Assembly (NCBI GenBank): GCA_039029735.1
Contig: JBCCFL010000002.1
Span: 104,684-168,683 of the forward strand
Direction of reading: 5' to 3'
Source: Actinomycetota bacterium
Lineage (GTDB): Bacteria > Actinomycetota > Acidimicrobiia > Acidimicrobiales > SZUA-35
DNA length: 64,000 bases
Shown: one piece after another, positions 1 to 9,832 of the stretch
Position numbering within the stretch: position 1 is the first letter of the stretch
Layout: each line of letters begins with the position of its first letter
Program-made: the position numbers and the translations under genes
The notes under the pieces: model-generated
Databases searched by the model: none
What the model was told of the DNA's origin: nothing
The model's input: the letters and a program-made list of their open reading frames with translations, nothing else

Positions 1-2
1 TC

Positions 3-407
3 GTGGTGAGCCTCGGCCCCACCGAGATTGCGCTGCCGTCGTTCGTCGGCCTCAGCCAGGCCGAGGCCATGACGCAGGCCGATCAGCTCGGTCTACGAGT
101 ACGCCAGACCGACAGGTTCAACGACACCTACCAGGAGGGGTTCGTCGTCGACCACGAACCCCCGACCGGGGCACTGGTTGGGCCCGGGGAGGAGATCACG
201 ATCGTGTTGTCGCTCGGGCCTCGCATGGTGGAGGTGCCCGACGTGGTCGGTGACACCGTGGAGTCGGCAACGGCGCGGCTGAGCGACGCCGGCCTGGTGG
301 TTGCCGGCACGATCGGTTCGATCGATGCCCCCGTTCGGGCGAGCAATCCGGGCGCTGGCACCTCCGTGCGGCCTGGCGCGGAGATCGTGCTGGAAACCGA
401 GAGCTGA
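3..407 (+). CDS. PASTA-domain protein, C-terminal fragment (likely the extracellular part of a PknB-type Ser/Thr kinase; 5' end lies outside the window)
   Basis: The ORF is open to the window edge. It holds two tandem ~65-aa PASTA-like repeats (LPSFVGLSQAEAMTQADQLGL... and VPDVVGDTVESATARLSDAGL...G..I.L). Confidence 0.7.
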   Translation: MVSLGPTEIALPSFVGLSQAEAMTQADQLGLRVRQTDRFNDTYQEGFVVDHEPPTGALVGPGEEITIVLSLGPRMVEVPDVVGDTVESATARLSDAGLVVAGTIGSIDAPVRASNPGAGTSVRPGAEIVLETES

Positions 408-410
408 CCG

Positions 411-833
411 CTACTCGTCGTCAGCGGTGAAGGCCCGGAGCTCGGTGTAGATCTGCTCCGCCAGCGGATTGGGCTCCGGGGGCGCGGCCTGGAGGGCGAG
501 CAGCTTCGATGCGTCGCCGTCCATGAAGATCTTCCCGGCCAGGAAGGCCTGCATCATGCCCTGGGGGTCGCGGTCGATGAAGGCCAGGCGAGCGGTGGCG
601 TAGTCGAGCGTGATGGTGAGCTCGGGGTCGTCGAGATGGCCTTCCTCGATGGCGATCTGGCCGGCTGTTGAGTCGATGTGGCCGTGCAGATCACCGTCGC
701 GGTGGCCGATGTCGGTCACCACCACGTTCAGCCGAACCGGTGCCGGGGGCTCCGGCATCTCGCTGGCGTAGCGAGCCCGGAGGTCACGAGCCGCTGCGAT
801 CCAGTCGTCGGAGAGGAAGAGATGCTTGGTCAC
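411..833 (-). CDS. SCP2 sterol-binding domain protein
   Basis: 140-aa ORF with an SCP2-like pattern (LNVVVTD...QIAIEEGHLDDPELTITLDYATARLAF...AFLAGKIFMDGDASKLLAL). Confidence 0.7.
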   Translation of the reverse strand: MTKHLFLSDDWIAAARDLRARYASEMPEPPAPVRLNVVVTDIGHRDGDLHGHIDSTAGQIAIEEGHLDDPELTITLDYATARLAFIDRDPQGMMQAFLAGKIFMDGDASKLLALQAAPPEPNPLAEQIYTELRAFTADDE

Positions 834-919
834 GAGCTGTCACGGTAGCTCCGCAACACCGGTTCCGGTGGGGTCGGAATCCCCGGTGGGGTGCCCGCGC
901 GCGTCAGTAGAGTTGACGG

Positions 920-1222
920 GTGGCACCCCTCAATCGTGACGACGTAGCCAAGGTGGCCCAGCTCGCGTTGCTGAACCTCGACGACGACGAGATCGACCGC
1001 TTCACCGGTCAGCTCGCCGCCGTGCTCGATCGAGCAGCCGAACTCGAGGCATTCGACATCGCCGATGTGCCCCGTACCGCCCACCCCTACCCGTTGGTGA
1101 ACGTGTTCCGGGCCGACGTTGCGGAGGAGTCCGACGACGTCCGAGCCGAGGCACTCGCCGCCGCCCCCGAAGCCGAAGACGGCCAGTACCGGGTGCCGCC
1201 CGCACTCGGGGAGGAGCCATGA
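920..1222 (+). CDS. gatC: Asp-tRNA(Asn)/Glu-tRNA(Gln) amidotransferase subunit C
   Basis: 100 aa with a GTG start and typical GatC sequence (DDVAKVAQLALLNLDDDEIDRFTGQLAAVLD). It sits directly upstream of gatA with a 4-nt overlap. Confidence 0.9.
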   Translation: MAPLNRDDVAKVAQLALLNLDDDEIDRFTGQLAAVLDRAAELEAFDIADVPRTAHPYPLVNVFRADVAEESDDVRAEALAAAPEAEDGQYRVPPALGEEP

Positions 1223-2679
1223 GCCAGACCGAGGGGCTCGGCCCCGTGCACGACATTGCCGCCGCGGTGCGAGCGGGAGAGCGCTCCGCAGTGGAGGTGC
1301 TCGACGAGCACCTGGCCCGGATCGACGCACGCGAGTCGGAGCTGCACACCTTCAACCATGTGATGGCCGACGAGGCCCGAGCCGCTGCCTCAGCCTTGGA
1401 CGAGGCGGTGGCCGCTGGTGCCGATGTGGGCCCGCTGGCCGGCGTGCCGGTCGCCCTGAAGGACAACATGTGCACCCGGGGCACGGCCACCACATGCTCG
1501 TCGAAGATCCTGGACGGCTGGGTACCCCCCTACAACGCAACCGTGGTGGAACGTCTCGCCGCCGCTGGCGCCGTGATCGTGGGCAAGACGAACCTGGACG
1601 AGTTCGCCATGGGTTCCTCGACCGAGAACTCTGCCTTCGGCCCCACCCGCAATCCCCACGACCCGAGCCGGGTTCCCGGCGGGTCCTCCGGTGGATCGGC
1701 GGCCGCCGTCGCGGCCGAGTTCGCCCCGCTCAGTTTTGGTTCCGACACCGGTGGCTCCATCCGTCAGCCCGCCGCGCTGTGCGGTGTGGTGGGGGTCAAG
1801 CCCACCTACGGAGCCGTGAGTCGATACGGGCTCATCGCCTTCGCCAGCTCGCTCGACCAGATCGGGCCGTTCAGCCACTCGGTGGCCGATGCGGCCCTCG
1901 CGCTGTCGGTCGTGGGCGGCCCCGATCCTCGCGACTCCACATCGATCCCCGAGCCTCTGCCGGATCTGATCGGCTCATTGGGCGAGGGCGTGGAGGGGCT
2001 GCGGATCGGGCTGATCGATGAGCTGTCGGGCGGTGCCCTCGACGGCTTCGAGCCAGCGGTGCTAGATCGCACCACGGCGGCAGCCGATGCGCTGACGGCG
2101 GCCGGGGCCAAGGTCGACACCGTGTCGATCCCCTCCACTGTCGCCGGTCTGTCGGCCTACTACATGATCGCCCCGGCCGAGGCGTCGTCGAACCTGGCCC
2201 GTTACGACGGTGTGCGCTACGGCCTTCGCCACGACGGACCAAACACGGCGTCGATGATGGCCGCCTCTCGTACGGCCGGTTTCGGCGACGAGGTGAAGCG
2301 CCGCATCATGCTCGGTACCTATGCCCTGTCGGCCGGCTACTGGGACGCGTTCTACGGCCGGGCCCAGCGGGTTCGCACGGTGATGATCCGCGAGTTCGAT
2401 GCCGCCTACGCCGACTTCGATGCGTTGATCTCGCCGACGTCGCCGTGTGTGGCGTTCCCGCTCGGCGCAAAGGCCGACCCGATGACGATGTACCTGAACG
2501 ACGTGTGCACGATCCCGTCGAACCTCACCGGTCAGCCGGCGATCTCGGTTCCCTACGGCGCCGACGATGCCGGGCTGCCCATCGGGGTGCAGGTGCTGGC
2601 TCCGCTGCGGGGCGAGGCCACGATGTTCCGGGTGGCCCAGGCCCTGGAGAATGCCCGCCGGTCGGAGGAGGAGGCCTGA
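1219..2679 (+). CDS. gatA: Glutamyl-tRNA(Gln) amidotransferase subunit A
   Basis: 486 aa with the amidase signature GGSSGGSAAAVA and LKDN motifs. It lies in the gatC-gatA-gatB order. Confidence 0.95.
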   Translation: MSQTEGLGPVHDIAAAVRAGERSAVEVLDEHLARIDARESELHTFNHVMADEARAAASALDEAVAAGADVGPLAGVPVALKDNMCTRGTATTCSSKILDGWVPPYNATVVERLAAAGAVIVGKTNLDEFAMGSSTENSAFGPTRNPHDPSRVPGGSSGGSAAAVAAEFAPLSFGSDTGGSIRQPAALCGVVGVKPTYGAVSRYGLIAFASSLDQIGPFSHSVADAALALSVVGGPDPRDSTSIPEPLPDLIGSLGEGVEGLRIGLIDELSGGALDGFEPAVLDRTTAAADALTAAGAKVDTVSIPSTVAGLSAYYMIAPAEASSNLARYDGVRYGLRHDGPNTASMMAASRTAGFGDEVKRRIMLGTYALSAGYWDAFYGRAQRVRTVMIREFDAAYADFDALISPTSPCVAFPLGAKADPMTMYLNDVCTIPSNLTGQPAISVPYGADDAGLPIGVQVLAPLRGEATMFRVAQALENARRSEEEA

Positions 2680-4133
2680 TGAGCACCACCGATGCCCCCG
2701 TGACCACCACCGAGCCGTCGGTTCTGCCCGATGGGTGGGAGCTGGTGGTCGGCCTCGAGGTCCACGCCGAGCTGGCCACCGAGACCAAGATGTTCTCCCC
2801 GGCTCGTAACACCTTCGGTGGCGAGCCCAACACGAACGTGCATCCCGTATGCCTCGGCCTGCCGGGCACGCTGCCTGTGGTGAACGCCAAGGCGGTGGAG
2901 CTGAGTATCCGTATCGGCCTCGCCCTGAACTGCACTGTGCAGCGGTGCGTGTGGGCTCGGAAGAACTACTTCTATCCGGACATGCCGAAGGACTACCAGA
3001 TCAGCCAGTACGAAGAGGCGTTGAACGTCGATGGCTGGTTGGCGCTGGCGTCGGGGTCGACGATCCGTATCGAGCGGGCCCACATGGAAGAGGACACCGG
3101 CAAGTCCACCCACATGGGCGCCTCGGGTCGCATCCACGATGCGGGGTACTCGCTCGTTGACTACAACCGGGCCGGCGTGCCGCTCATCGAGATCGTGTCG
3201 AAGCCCGACCTTCGCGGCCCCGAACAAGCCAAGGAGTACGTGGAAGAGCTGCGTGCGATCCTCGTCGCCATCGGGGCCAGCGACGGGAAGATGGAGGAAG
3301 GCTCGCTGCGAGTCGACGCCAACGTGTCGGTGCGGCCGACCGGGGCCGACGAGCTGCGCACCCGATGCGAGATCAAGAACGTGAACTCGCTGCGGTCGCT
3401 CGGCCGGGCCATCACCTACGAGGCCCGACGCCACGTGGAGCTGTACGGGGCGGGCGAGCGCCCGATCCAGGAGACCCGCCACTGGGACGAGGAGGGCGGC
3501 CGTACCCGTTCGGGGCGGTCGAAGGAAGAGGCGGAGGACTACCGCTACTTCCCCGATCCCGACCTGGTTGACATAGACCCATCGCCCGGGTGGATCGAGG
3601 AGATCCGGGCCTCACTGCCGGCGCTGCCCCAGGCCCGGCGGGCCGCCCTCATCGAGGTGGGCGCAGGCGCCGAGGCCGCAGCGATTGCTGTCGAGCGTCA
3701 GCTCGACGGGCTGGCGGTGGCCGCCATCGAGGCGGGGGCCGACGCCGAGCGCGTGCTCACCCACGTGGCGAACAACCTGGCCGTCGACGGGGCCGAGAGC
3801 CTCGACGCTGGTCAGTTCGCCGATCTGGTGCGAATGGAGATGTCGGGGGCGTTGACAGCCACGCAGGCCAAGCAGGTCTTGGCCGACATGGTGGAGAGCG
3901 GTCGCGACCCGGCCACCATCGCCGCCGATCGTGGTTTCGAAGCGATGGACTCCTCGGAGCTGGAAACGATGCTCGACGAGATCATTGCGGCCAACGCCGA
4001 TGAGTGGTCTCGGTTCTGCGAGGGTGAGAACAAGCTCCAGGGCTTCTTCACCGGCCAGATCATGAAGGCCACCAAAGGCCAAGCCGACGGCAAGGTCATC
4101 GCCCAGCTCTTGGCGGCCAAGAAGAACGCGTAG
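2679..4133 (+). CDS. gatB: Asp-tRNA(Asn)/Glu-tRNA(Gln) amidotransferase subunit B
   Basis: I chose the ATG at 2679 (MSTTDAP...), which overlaps the gatA stop by 1 nt. GatB motifs are present (GLEVHAEL, YFYPDMPKDYQISQ, and a C-terminal GatB/YqeY tail). The longer ORF from 2445 overlaps gatA and is rejected. Confidence 0.95.
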   Translation: MSTTDAPVTTTEPSVLPDGWELVVGLEVHAELATETKMFSPARNTFGGEPNTNVHPVCLGLPGTLPVVNAKAVELSIRIGLALNCTVQRCVWARKNYFYPDMPKDYQISQYEEALNVDGWLALASGSTIRIERAHMEEDTGKSTHMGASGRIHDAGYSLVDYNRAGVPLIEIVSKPDLRGPEQAKEYVEELRAILVAIGASDGKMEEGSLRVDANVSVRPTGADELRTRCEIKNVNSLRSLGRAITYEARRHVELYGAGERPIQETRHWDEEGGRTRSGRSKEEAEDYRYFPDPDLVDIDPSPGWIEEIRASLPALPQARRAALIEVGAGAEAAAIAVERQLDGLAVAAIEAGADAERVLTHVANNLAVDGAESLDAGQFADLVRMEMSGALTATQAKQVLADMVESGRDPATIAADRGFEAMDSSELETMLDEIIAANADEWSRFCEGENKLQGFFTGQIMKATKGQADGKVIAQLLAAKKNA

Positions 4134-4333
4134 CCAGCCGTTGATCGCCAGTGTCACCGGACGTGCAACGTTCGCCGTGGATGTCTGGAGCGACGAGTTC
4201 CCCGACTAGATCGGCGATGAGATCAGCCCGGGCGGTGGGCCGGCACCTTGTGCGGAGCAGTCGGCAGACGCCGCCGGCGGCCGCGTTTAGCGTGTGTGCA
4301 CCTGACGTGGTCATCGAGCGAGGGAGTGTCGAC

Positions 4334-4792
4334 ATGGCAGGACGCACGAAGTGGATTGCGGTGACGGTTGTCGGAACCATCGTCGCCCTGTTGTTCGGGG
4401 CGAACGGGCCCCTGGGCGGCTTCTGGGGAGAGTCGGTGCTCAGCGACCCGGAGCCGGAGGGCGCGGCGCTGGCCGGGCTCATCGGGGCCGGGCTGGTGGA
4501 GTCGGTGGCGTTCGGGGTCGGTCTGGCCTGGATCGCGTTCGGCTGGCCGATGATGCAACGCGTCGGCGGCGCACTCGCCACATGGACGTTCGTCGCCGTG
4601 GCGTGGGGCCTCGTGAGCTGGGCCCCTCACACGTCCCTTCACGTCACCAACGGATCAACCGACTGGGGTCGGCTCGCCGTCATCGAGTGGGGCTTTCACG
4701 TCACGCTCGTGATCGGGGCCATGATCGTGGCCACCTTCGTGTGGCAAACCCTGCAACGAGCCGGCGAACGACCGGCCGTCGCCACGGTCTGA
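4334..4792 (+). CDS. Hypothetical integral membrane protein (about 4 TM segments)
   Basis: The ATG at 4334 is preceded by GAGGGAG. The protein has hydrophobic segments (IAVTVVGTIVALLF, LAWIAFGWP, WTFVAVAWGLVSW, VTLVIGAMIVATFVW). I recognise no family. Confidence 0.5.
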   Translation: MAGRTKWIAVTVVGTIVALLFGANGPLGGFWGESVLSDPEPEGAALAGLIGAGLVESVAFGVGLAWIAFGWPMMQRVGGALATWTFVAVAWGLVSWAPHTSLHVTNGSTDWGRLAVIEWGFHVTLVIGAMIVATFVWQTLQRAGERPAVATV

Positions 4793-4844
4793 CAGGCGTT
4801 TCGAGCCGCGACGAGCCGTCGCCGCCCGGCGTACAGCGGCGCGA

Positions 4845-5639
4845 TCAGCGGGCGGCGTCGAGCTCGTCGAACACAGTGACCCCGTCGGAGAGGGCGCCGA
4901 TGATGTGGCCCTCTCCGACGAACACCATGAGTTCCGCGTCGCCGCCCAGCTCATTGAGCCTGGCCTCGGCCGCCTGCGCCGGTTCCACCCAACCATCGTC
5001 GTTCTCACCGACGAACAGCCGAACGGGGATGTTGGTGAGCTGATCCAGGGCCTCGATGTCGCGGTCCTCGCGAGGGAAGCCCGGGAACACCACCACCGAA
5101 CGCACCCGGTCGGGGTTCTCGCCAGCCACCCGGAAGCTGCTGATGCCGCCGTTGCTGATACCTGCGAGGTGCACGCCTCCGCCCTCCGGCGTCACCCACG
5201 TGTCGATCCAGTCGAACAGGGCCGGCACCAGCGTCTCCGAGCCCTGGAAGAAGCGAACCCCGTCGGGGGCCGCCGGGCTCACGAGTACCCAGCCCCGGGC
5301 CAGGGCCTCAGGAGCGTAGGTCGAGTTGAGCGTGGCCCGGGCGGTGTCGAGATCTTGAGCACCGGGCGGGAACACCACGAGCACCGGTGCCTCGTCGCCG
5401 ACCTCGAACCCGTCCGGCGCCACCATCAACAGATCGACGTCGGTGTCGTCGATCGTGATCGTCTGCTCGCTCGTCGCCCCGGGAGCCAGCACCACGCCGT
5501 CGGCTGCGGCCGGAGTGAGCGATACATCCTCGCCACCGTCGTCGGTGACGGCTTCGGTGGCATCATCGATCACGTCGGACGAACCACACGCCGCCAGGAT
5601 CAGGCCGGACGTGAGCAGGAGAACAGCGGGAGCACGCAC
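4845..5639 (-). CDS. Secreted lipoprotein, alpha/beta-hydrolase (carboxylesterase/phospholipase-like)
   Basis: The signal peptide has a lipobox (LILAAC-GSS). A nucleophile-elbow-like GISNGG follows HLAG, and a GEGH motif lies near the C-terminus. Confidence 0.7.
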   Translation of the reverse strand: MRAPAVLLLTSGLILAACGSSDVIDDATEAVTDDGGEDVSLTPAAADGVVLAPGATSEQTITIDDTDVDLLMVAPDGFEVGDEAPVLVVFPPGAQDLDTARATLNSTYAPEALARGWVLVSPAAPDGVRFFQGSETLVPALFDWIDTWVTPEGGGVHLAGISNGGISSFRVAGENPDRVRSVVVFPGFPREDRDIEALDQLTNIPVRLFVGENDDGWVEPAQAAEARLNELGGDAELMVFVGEGHIIGALSDGVTVFDELDAAR

Positions 5640-5678
5640 GCTCTAGCCAACGCTGTGACCGGCGCGGGCATTCCCTCC

Positions 5679-7001
5679 TCAAGCCCGGCTGCGACCGAGC
5701 ACCACCCAGCTGTCACTCCGCCATCGCCACCACAGGGCGACGGCCCGCAACACCATGAACACACTCAAAGCCGCCCAGAGGCGATCGAGTGACGGCTCGA
5801 ATCGGAGCGTCACCCAGACGATCGCACCGAACGCCAGCGCCACCACCGCCATTGATCGCCCGAGGTATCGAAGGTCGCCGGCCCCGATGAGAACGCCATC
5901 GAGGGCAAACACGTACCCGTTCACGGGCTCCGCGATTGCAACCCATACCAGCACCGCCGTGATCGCCGCGATCACCTCAGGGTCGGTGGTGAACACTCGG
6001 GCAATGAGCGGCCGGGCGGCGAGGATCACGGCCCCGGCCACAACCCCGAGCGCAACGTCGATCTCGATCATCCGCTGCGCCGCCGCTTTCGCCCGGGTGC
6101 CGTCGCCGGCGCCGAGGAAGCGGCCCGTGAGAGCCTGACCGGCGATGGCCACGGCGTCGAGGGCCAGGGCGAGCGTGCCCCAGATCTGGAGGCCCACCTG
6201 GTGGGCGGCCAACTCCGGCTCCCCGATCCGGGCAGCAACGGCTGTCGCAAGGGTGAACGAACCCCGGAGCGCCAGCGTGCGCAGCATGAGCGGATTGCCG
6301 GCGACGAACAACCGGACGAGTTCGGCCCCCACTGGCGCCAGGCTCGCTCCCCGGCTTTGCGCCCATCCGATCACTCGCCAGCAGAACACGGCAGCGGCGC
6401 CGACCTGTGCGATCACCGTGGAGGCCGCTGATCCGCCGACCCCGAATCCGAGCCCGAAGACCAACACCAACTCGATCACGAGGTTGGCCAGTGCCGCCGT
6501 GACGGCAATCATCAGCGGGGTCCGGGTGTTCTGACGGCCGTGGAACGTGCCTCCGGCTGCCAGCGCGAGCAGCAGGAACGGGAGGCCAATGAGGGAGATG
6601 TCGAGATAGAGCTGACCGAACTCGAGTGCGCCGCCCCGCCCTCCGAGCAGGCGGAGGAACCAGCCACCGGTGAACCAGAGGAACACGGAGAACATCACGC
6701 CGAGGAGGGCCGCAAGCCACAAGGACTGGATGGCAACCCGGGCTGCTGCAGCTTCGTCGTCGGCGCCGATGAGGCGCGAGATGATTCCCGTGGTTCCGTA
6801 GGCGAGGAAGATCAGCAGGCTGTGCACGCTGAGGAGCACGGCGGTCGCAAGGGCCACACCGGCCAGCTCCTGTGTGCCGATCCGGCCGACGATGGCGGTG
6901 TCGGCCAGCACATACAGCGGCTCGGCCACCAGGGTGCCGAGTGCGGGGATCGCCAATCGAGCGATGTCGCGGTCGTACGGCGAGCGCAGTCGGAGTTCCA
7001 C
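5679..7001 (-). CDS. MATE family efflux transporter (DinF-like)
   Basis: 440 aa with about 12 TM segments. The N-terminus is typical of MATE (IARLAIPALGTLVAEPLYVLADTAIVGRIG). Confidence 0.9.
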   Translation of the reverse strand: MELRLRSPYDRDIARLAIPALGTLVAEPLYVLADTAIVGRIGTQELAGVALATAVLLSVHSLLIFLAYGTTGIISRLIGADDEAAAARVAIQSLWLAALLGVMFSVFLWFTGGWFLRLLGGRGGALEFGQLYLDISLIGLPFLLLALAAGGTFHGRQNTRTPLMIAVTAALANLVIELVLVFGLGFGVGGSAASTVIAQVGAAAVFCWRVIGWAQSRGASLAPVGAELVRLFVAGNPLMLRTLALRGSFTLATAVAARIGEPELAAHQVGLQIWGTLALALDAVAIAGQALTGRFLGAGDGTRAKAAAQRMIEIDVALGVVAGAVILAARPLIARVFTTDPEVIAAITAVLVWVAIAEPVNGYVFALDGVLIGAGDLRYLGRSMAVVALAFGAIVWVTLRFEPSLDRLWAALSVFMVLRAVALWWRWRSDSWVVLGRSRA

Positions 7002-7086
7002 CCGATGGCGAATCTACTGGGCGCAGGTCAAGCGGCCCTCCTCGGCGGCGCGACTGCGGGCACCCGATCTGTTGAGGTGTGAACCC

Positions 7087-7812
7087 TCAGGCCACGTCGG
7101 TGGTGTTCAACCGCCAGGCCGTGAGGGCCACGGCGGTGGCAGTGACAACGAGCGGCACGATGATGCCGACCGACAGTGAGCTCTCGGCGAGCGGGAGCCC
7201 CACGTTGGTGATGTCGGAGAGCACCGAGGCCGGGTAGGTGTTGATCGACACTCGGGCGGCGCCTGCGAACAGGCGGGACACCGTCACCTCCCACACGAAC
7301 ACGTACAGCAGGCCCCAGATCAGGGCCCGACGCACGAGCAGGCCGAAGAAAGTGAACAGCCCGGTGTAGGCCACGGCGCCGAGGGCCATGGCCAGGGCCG
7401 TGGCTCCGATCGTTCGCATGTTGAACTCGGAGTTGGCCGTGCCCAGCGCGGCGGCGATAGTGAGCGGGATCACGGTGGCCGGTACAGCCACCGTGGCCGA
7501 CGCCAGCCATCCGGCGAGCGCCACGATCCAGCGCGAGACCGGGCGGATCCAGATGTACACGAGCGTCTCGTCGTCGACGAGGTGGCCGAAGGTGGAGCTG
7601 GCCATCACAAGGCACAGGATCGGCACCGTGAGGCCGAGCCCGTACACCGACAGGAAACCGACCATGTCCTGCACCACGCCGGGGCTGTCGTCGCGGGCGA
7701 TGAGGAACGCCACGAGGATGGCGAGGGCCCCCAGGGCGCCGGCCAGCGCCAGGCGGGCGGCGCTGAGCTGCTGGCGCAGCAGCAGCCGGTAGAGGCCGAT
7801 GAATGCGTCCAT
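7087..7812 (-). CDS. ABC-2 type transporter permease
   Basis: 241 aa and polytopic. It is the last gene of a four-gene ABC operon, and its start overlaps the stop of the upstream ATPase by 1 nt. Confidence 0.7.
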   Translation of the reverse strand: MDAFIGLYRLLLRQQLSAARLALAGALGALAILVAFLIARDDSPGVVQDMVGFLSVYGLGLTVPILCLVMASSTFGHLVDDETLVYIWIRPVSRWIVALAGWLASATVAVPATVIPLTIAAALGTANSEFNMRTIGATALAMALGAVAYTGLFTFFGLLVRRALIWGLLYVFVWEVTVSRLFAGAARVSINTYPASVLSDITNVGLPLAESSLSVGIIVPLVVTATAVALTAWRLNTTDVA

Positions 7813-8945
7813 CAGCCGAACCCCACCAAGTAGCGGAACACGCTCTCGAGGTCGTCGTCGAGCGGGGTCACCTCGTCGAGACGGCTCTGGTGGTGGCGGG
7901 CCACCACGGCGAGGCGCTTCCGGAACGTGCGGACATCGTGGGTGGTCACGTCGAACTCCGTGTCGCTGGTGAGCGAGCAGCCCTGGATCGAGCCGTCGTT
8001 CAGCAGGGTGGCGCCCACCGTGCGGGCGTTGGAACAGCGCACCCGGATGCGCAGCGGCTGATCATCCATCAGGCTGCGAATGGCGTGGAAGTTGCCCTGG
8101 GCGGCGAGGCGCCCCTTGGCCACCACGAGCACGTGGGAGCCGAACCGCTCCACCTCGTCGAGCACGTGGCTGGACACGATCACTGTGCGGCCCTGGTCGC
8201 CGAGCTGCTGGAACAGCTCCACCATCTGCCGCCGCTGCCGGGGGTCGAGGCCGTTGAGTGGTTCGTCGAGCACGATCACGGTGGGGTCGTGCACGATTGC
8301 CGACGCGATCTTGACTCGCTGGCGCATGCCCTTGGAGTAGGCCCCGAGAGGGCGCTTCAAGTCGGGGTCGAGTTCGACGGTTTCGAGCGCGGCACGAGCC
8401 CGGGCCTGGGGGTCGGGCATGTTCGACAACACAGCGGCGAGGGTGACCACGTCGAGGCAGCGCTCCCGATCGAACACCCCGTCCTGCTGGGGCACGAGGC
8501 CGATGCGGCCCCGGGCCTCGGCGTCGGTGCGGGGATTGCCACCGGCCACCCAGATCTCACCGGTGGACGGCGGGGTGAGCCCGCACAGCAGACGGATCAG
8601 CGTCGACTTGCCGGCGCCGTTTGGCCCGAGCAGCGCCGTGACACCGGGGCGGATCGCAAACGTCACGTCGGAAACGGCCACGAGCGGGCCGAACGACTTC
8701 GACAGGCGCTGGGCCACCACCGTGGCGTCGTCCGGAGGCCAGGCGCCGGCCGCCGGAGCCGGGGGCAGACCACTCGGCGACGGTGCCGCTGGGGCAGGGG
8801 GTGCAGCCGCCGTCGGGGCGCCGGGGGGCGCTGGCTGGCCAGGCTGGGCTGGAGGCCCGGGAGGGGCGGGCGGCCCGGGCGGGCCCGGAGGGGTAGGCCG
8901 TCCGGGAGGCGCCGGCGAGGACGGAGGGGGAGGCACGGAGGTCAT
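7812..8945 (-). CDS. ABC transporter ATP-binding protein with a Pro/Ala-rich N-terminal extension
   Basis: I chose the ATG at 8945 (MTSVPPPP...), a 4-nt overlap with the upstream permease stop. It has Walker A GPNGAGKST, signature YSKGMRQR and Walker B VIVLDEP. The first ~75 aa are almost entirely P/A/G. Confidence 0.85.
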   Translation of the reverse strand: MTSVPPPPSSPAPPGRPTPPGPPGPPAPPGPPAQPGQPAPPGAPTAAAPPAPAAPSPSGLPPAPAAGAWPPDDATVVAQRLSKSFGPLVAVSDVTFAIRPGVTALLGPNGAGKSTLIRLLCGLTPPSTGEIWVAGGNPRTDAEARGRIGLVPQQDGVFDRERCLDVVTLAAVLSNMPDPQARARAALETVELDPDLKRPLGAYSKGMRQRVKIASAIVHDPTVIVLDEPLNGLDPRQRRQMVELFQQLGDQGRTVIVSSHVLDEVERFGSHVLVVAKGRLAAQGNFHAIRSLMDDQPLRIRVRCSNARTVGATLLNDGSIQGCSLTSDTEFDVTTHDVRTFRKRLAVVARHHQSRLDEVTPLDDDLESVFRYLVGFG

Positions 8946-9832
8946 CGGCGCACCAGCAGTCGTCGGTAGCGGACCCACACCCAGCCGAGCGAGATGCCGA
9001 CCCAGAAGAACCAGGCGGCCCACAGCGTCCAGGTCGGGTTGTCGAGCGTTGACCAGTTCCCATTGCCGGCCTCGTCCTGCACCCGGAAGATCAGCTCCTG
9101 GGGAAGCGACAGCACGTTGGCGAGGCGCACCACGGGGCTCACGTCGGTGGACTCGTCGAGGATCGAGGTGATGATCCCGGCCCCGGGGATCGCGGCCAGC
9201 ACGGCGGCGATGGCCACGGTGGCCCGGTCGGTGGTGGCGCTGATGCCGAGGGCGATGGCCGTGTACAGCGTGCCGATCACCGCCGAGGACACGAGGATCC
9301 GCCCGAAGGTTCGCATCCACTCCACGAACCCGTCGGGGCCCATGTTCTGCAGCGAGAAGGCGATCAGCATCAGCAGCGGCGGCCCGAGCGTGACCAACAA
9401 CAACAGGAGGAACACGCTGATCGCCTTGCCGAGCAAGTAGAAGGGGCGGTTCAGCGGTGAGGCCAGGTACACCCCGAGCAGACCGGTGCGGCGATCAGTG
9501 CACAGCAACTCGGGGGCCACGAACCCGGCGAACAGGTAGATCGGGGCCACGATCGAGCCGTAGTACTCGGCGAAGCTCGGCAGGAACTCCTCGGTGCCGA
9601 TCGGCACGATGGCGGCGAAGCCGATGAACGCGATCGCTGGGACGTAGGCGAGGAACACCACCACCACGGGGATGATCTTGTAGCGGCCCGCTCGGCCCAG
9701 CCCGAGCGCGTGGCGCACGCTGTGGCGTACCAGGGAACGAACGGCGCCCCCGAGCCCGGTGCGCTCACCCTCGTACCGGCGATAGCCCCGGTCGTAGATC
9801 TGGGCTTCGGATTGCATCGGCGTACTACTCAT
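8942..9832 (-). CDS. ABC-2 type transporter permease
   Basis: 296 aa with multiple TM segments. It has 4-nt overlaps with both flanking ATPase genes. Confidence 0.7.
   Translation of the reverse strand: MSSTPMQSEAQIYDRGYRRYEGERTGLGGAVRSLVRHSVRHALGLGRAGRYKIIPVVVVFLAYVPAIAFIGFAAIVPIGTEEFLPSFAEYYGSIVAPIYLFAGFVAPELLCTDRRTGLLGVYLASPLNRPFYLLGKAISVFLLLLLVTLGPPLLMLIAFSLQNMGPDGFVEWMRTFGRILVSSAVIGTLYTAIALGISATTDRATVAIAAVLAAIPGAGIITSILDESTDVSPVVRLANVLSLPQELIFRVQDEAGNGNWSTLDNPTWTLWAAWFFWVGISLGWVWVRYRRLLVRR

Noticed and set aside
865-891. tRNA-like T-arm (GGGGTCGGAATCCCC) and a direct repeat CCGGTGGGG x2 upstream of gatC.
   Set aside because: No complementary acceptor stem, D-arm or anticodon arm can be built in the 86-nt intergenic region, so it is not a tRNA. 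It may be a minor hairpin in the gatC leader.
2445-2678. Long N-terminal extensions offered by the ORF track for gatB (2445). Similar extensions appear for ilvD (47101), lon-neighbour genes, the sensor kinase (25556), the SDR (54885), M24 peptidase (59478), ABC permease (60575) and 3HCDH (56450).
   Set aside because: The extensions overlap the upstream gene, have Arg/Pro-rich junk composition, and lack homology-like sequence. Internal ATG or GTG starts that abut or overlap the upstream stop give canonical N-termini.
8700-8945. Repetitive G-rich DNA (also about 18000-18850) that could be mistaken for a repeat array or CRISPR.
   Set aside because: The repeats are degenerate, have no regular spacer structure, and lie in frame within Pro-rich coding regions.
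7803-8969. 388-aa plus-strand ORF opposite the ABC ATPase gene.
   Set aside because: It is a shadow ORF with a composition dominated by G/R/H/A runs. The minus-strand frame carries the Walker A, signature and Walker B motifs.
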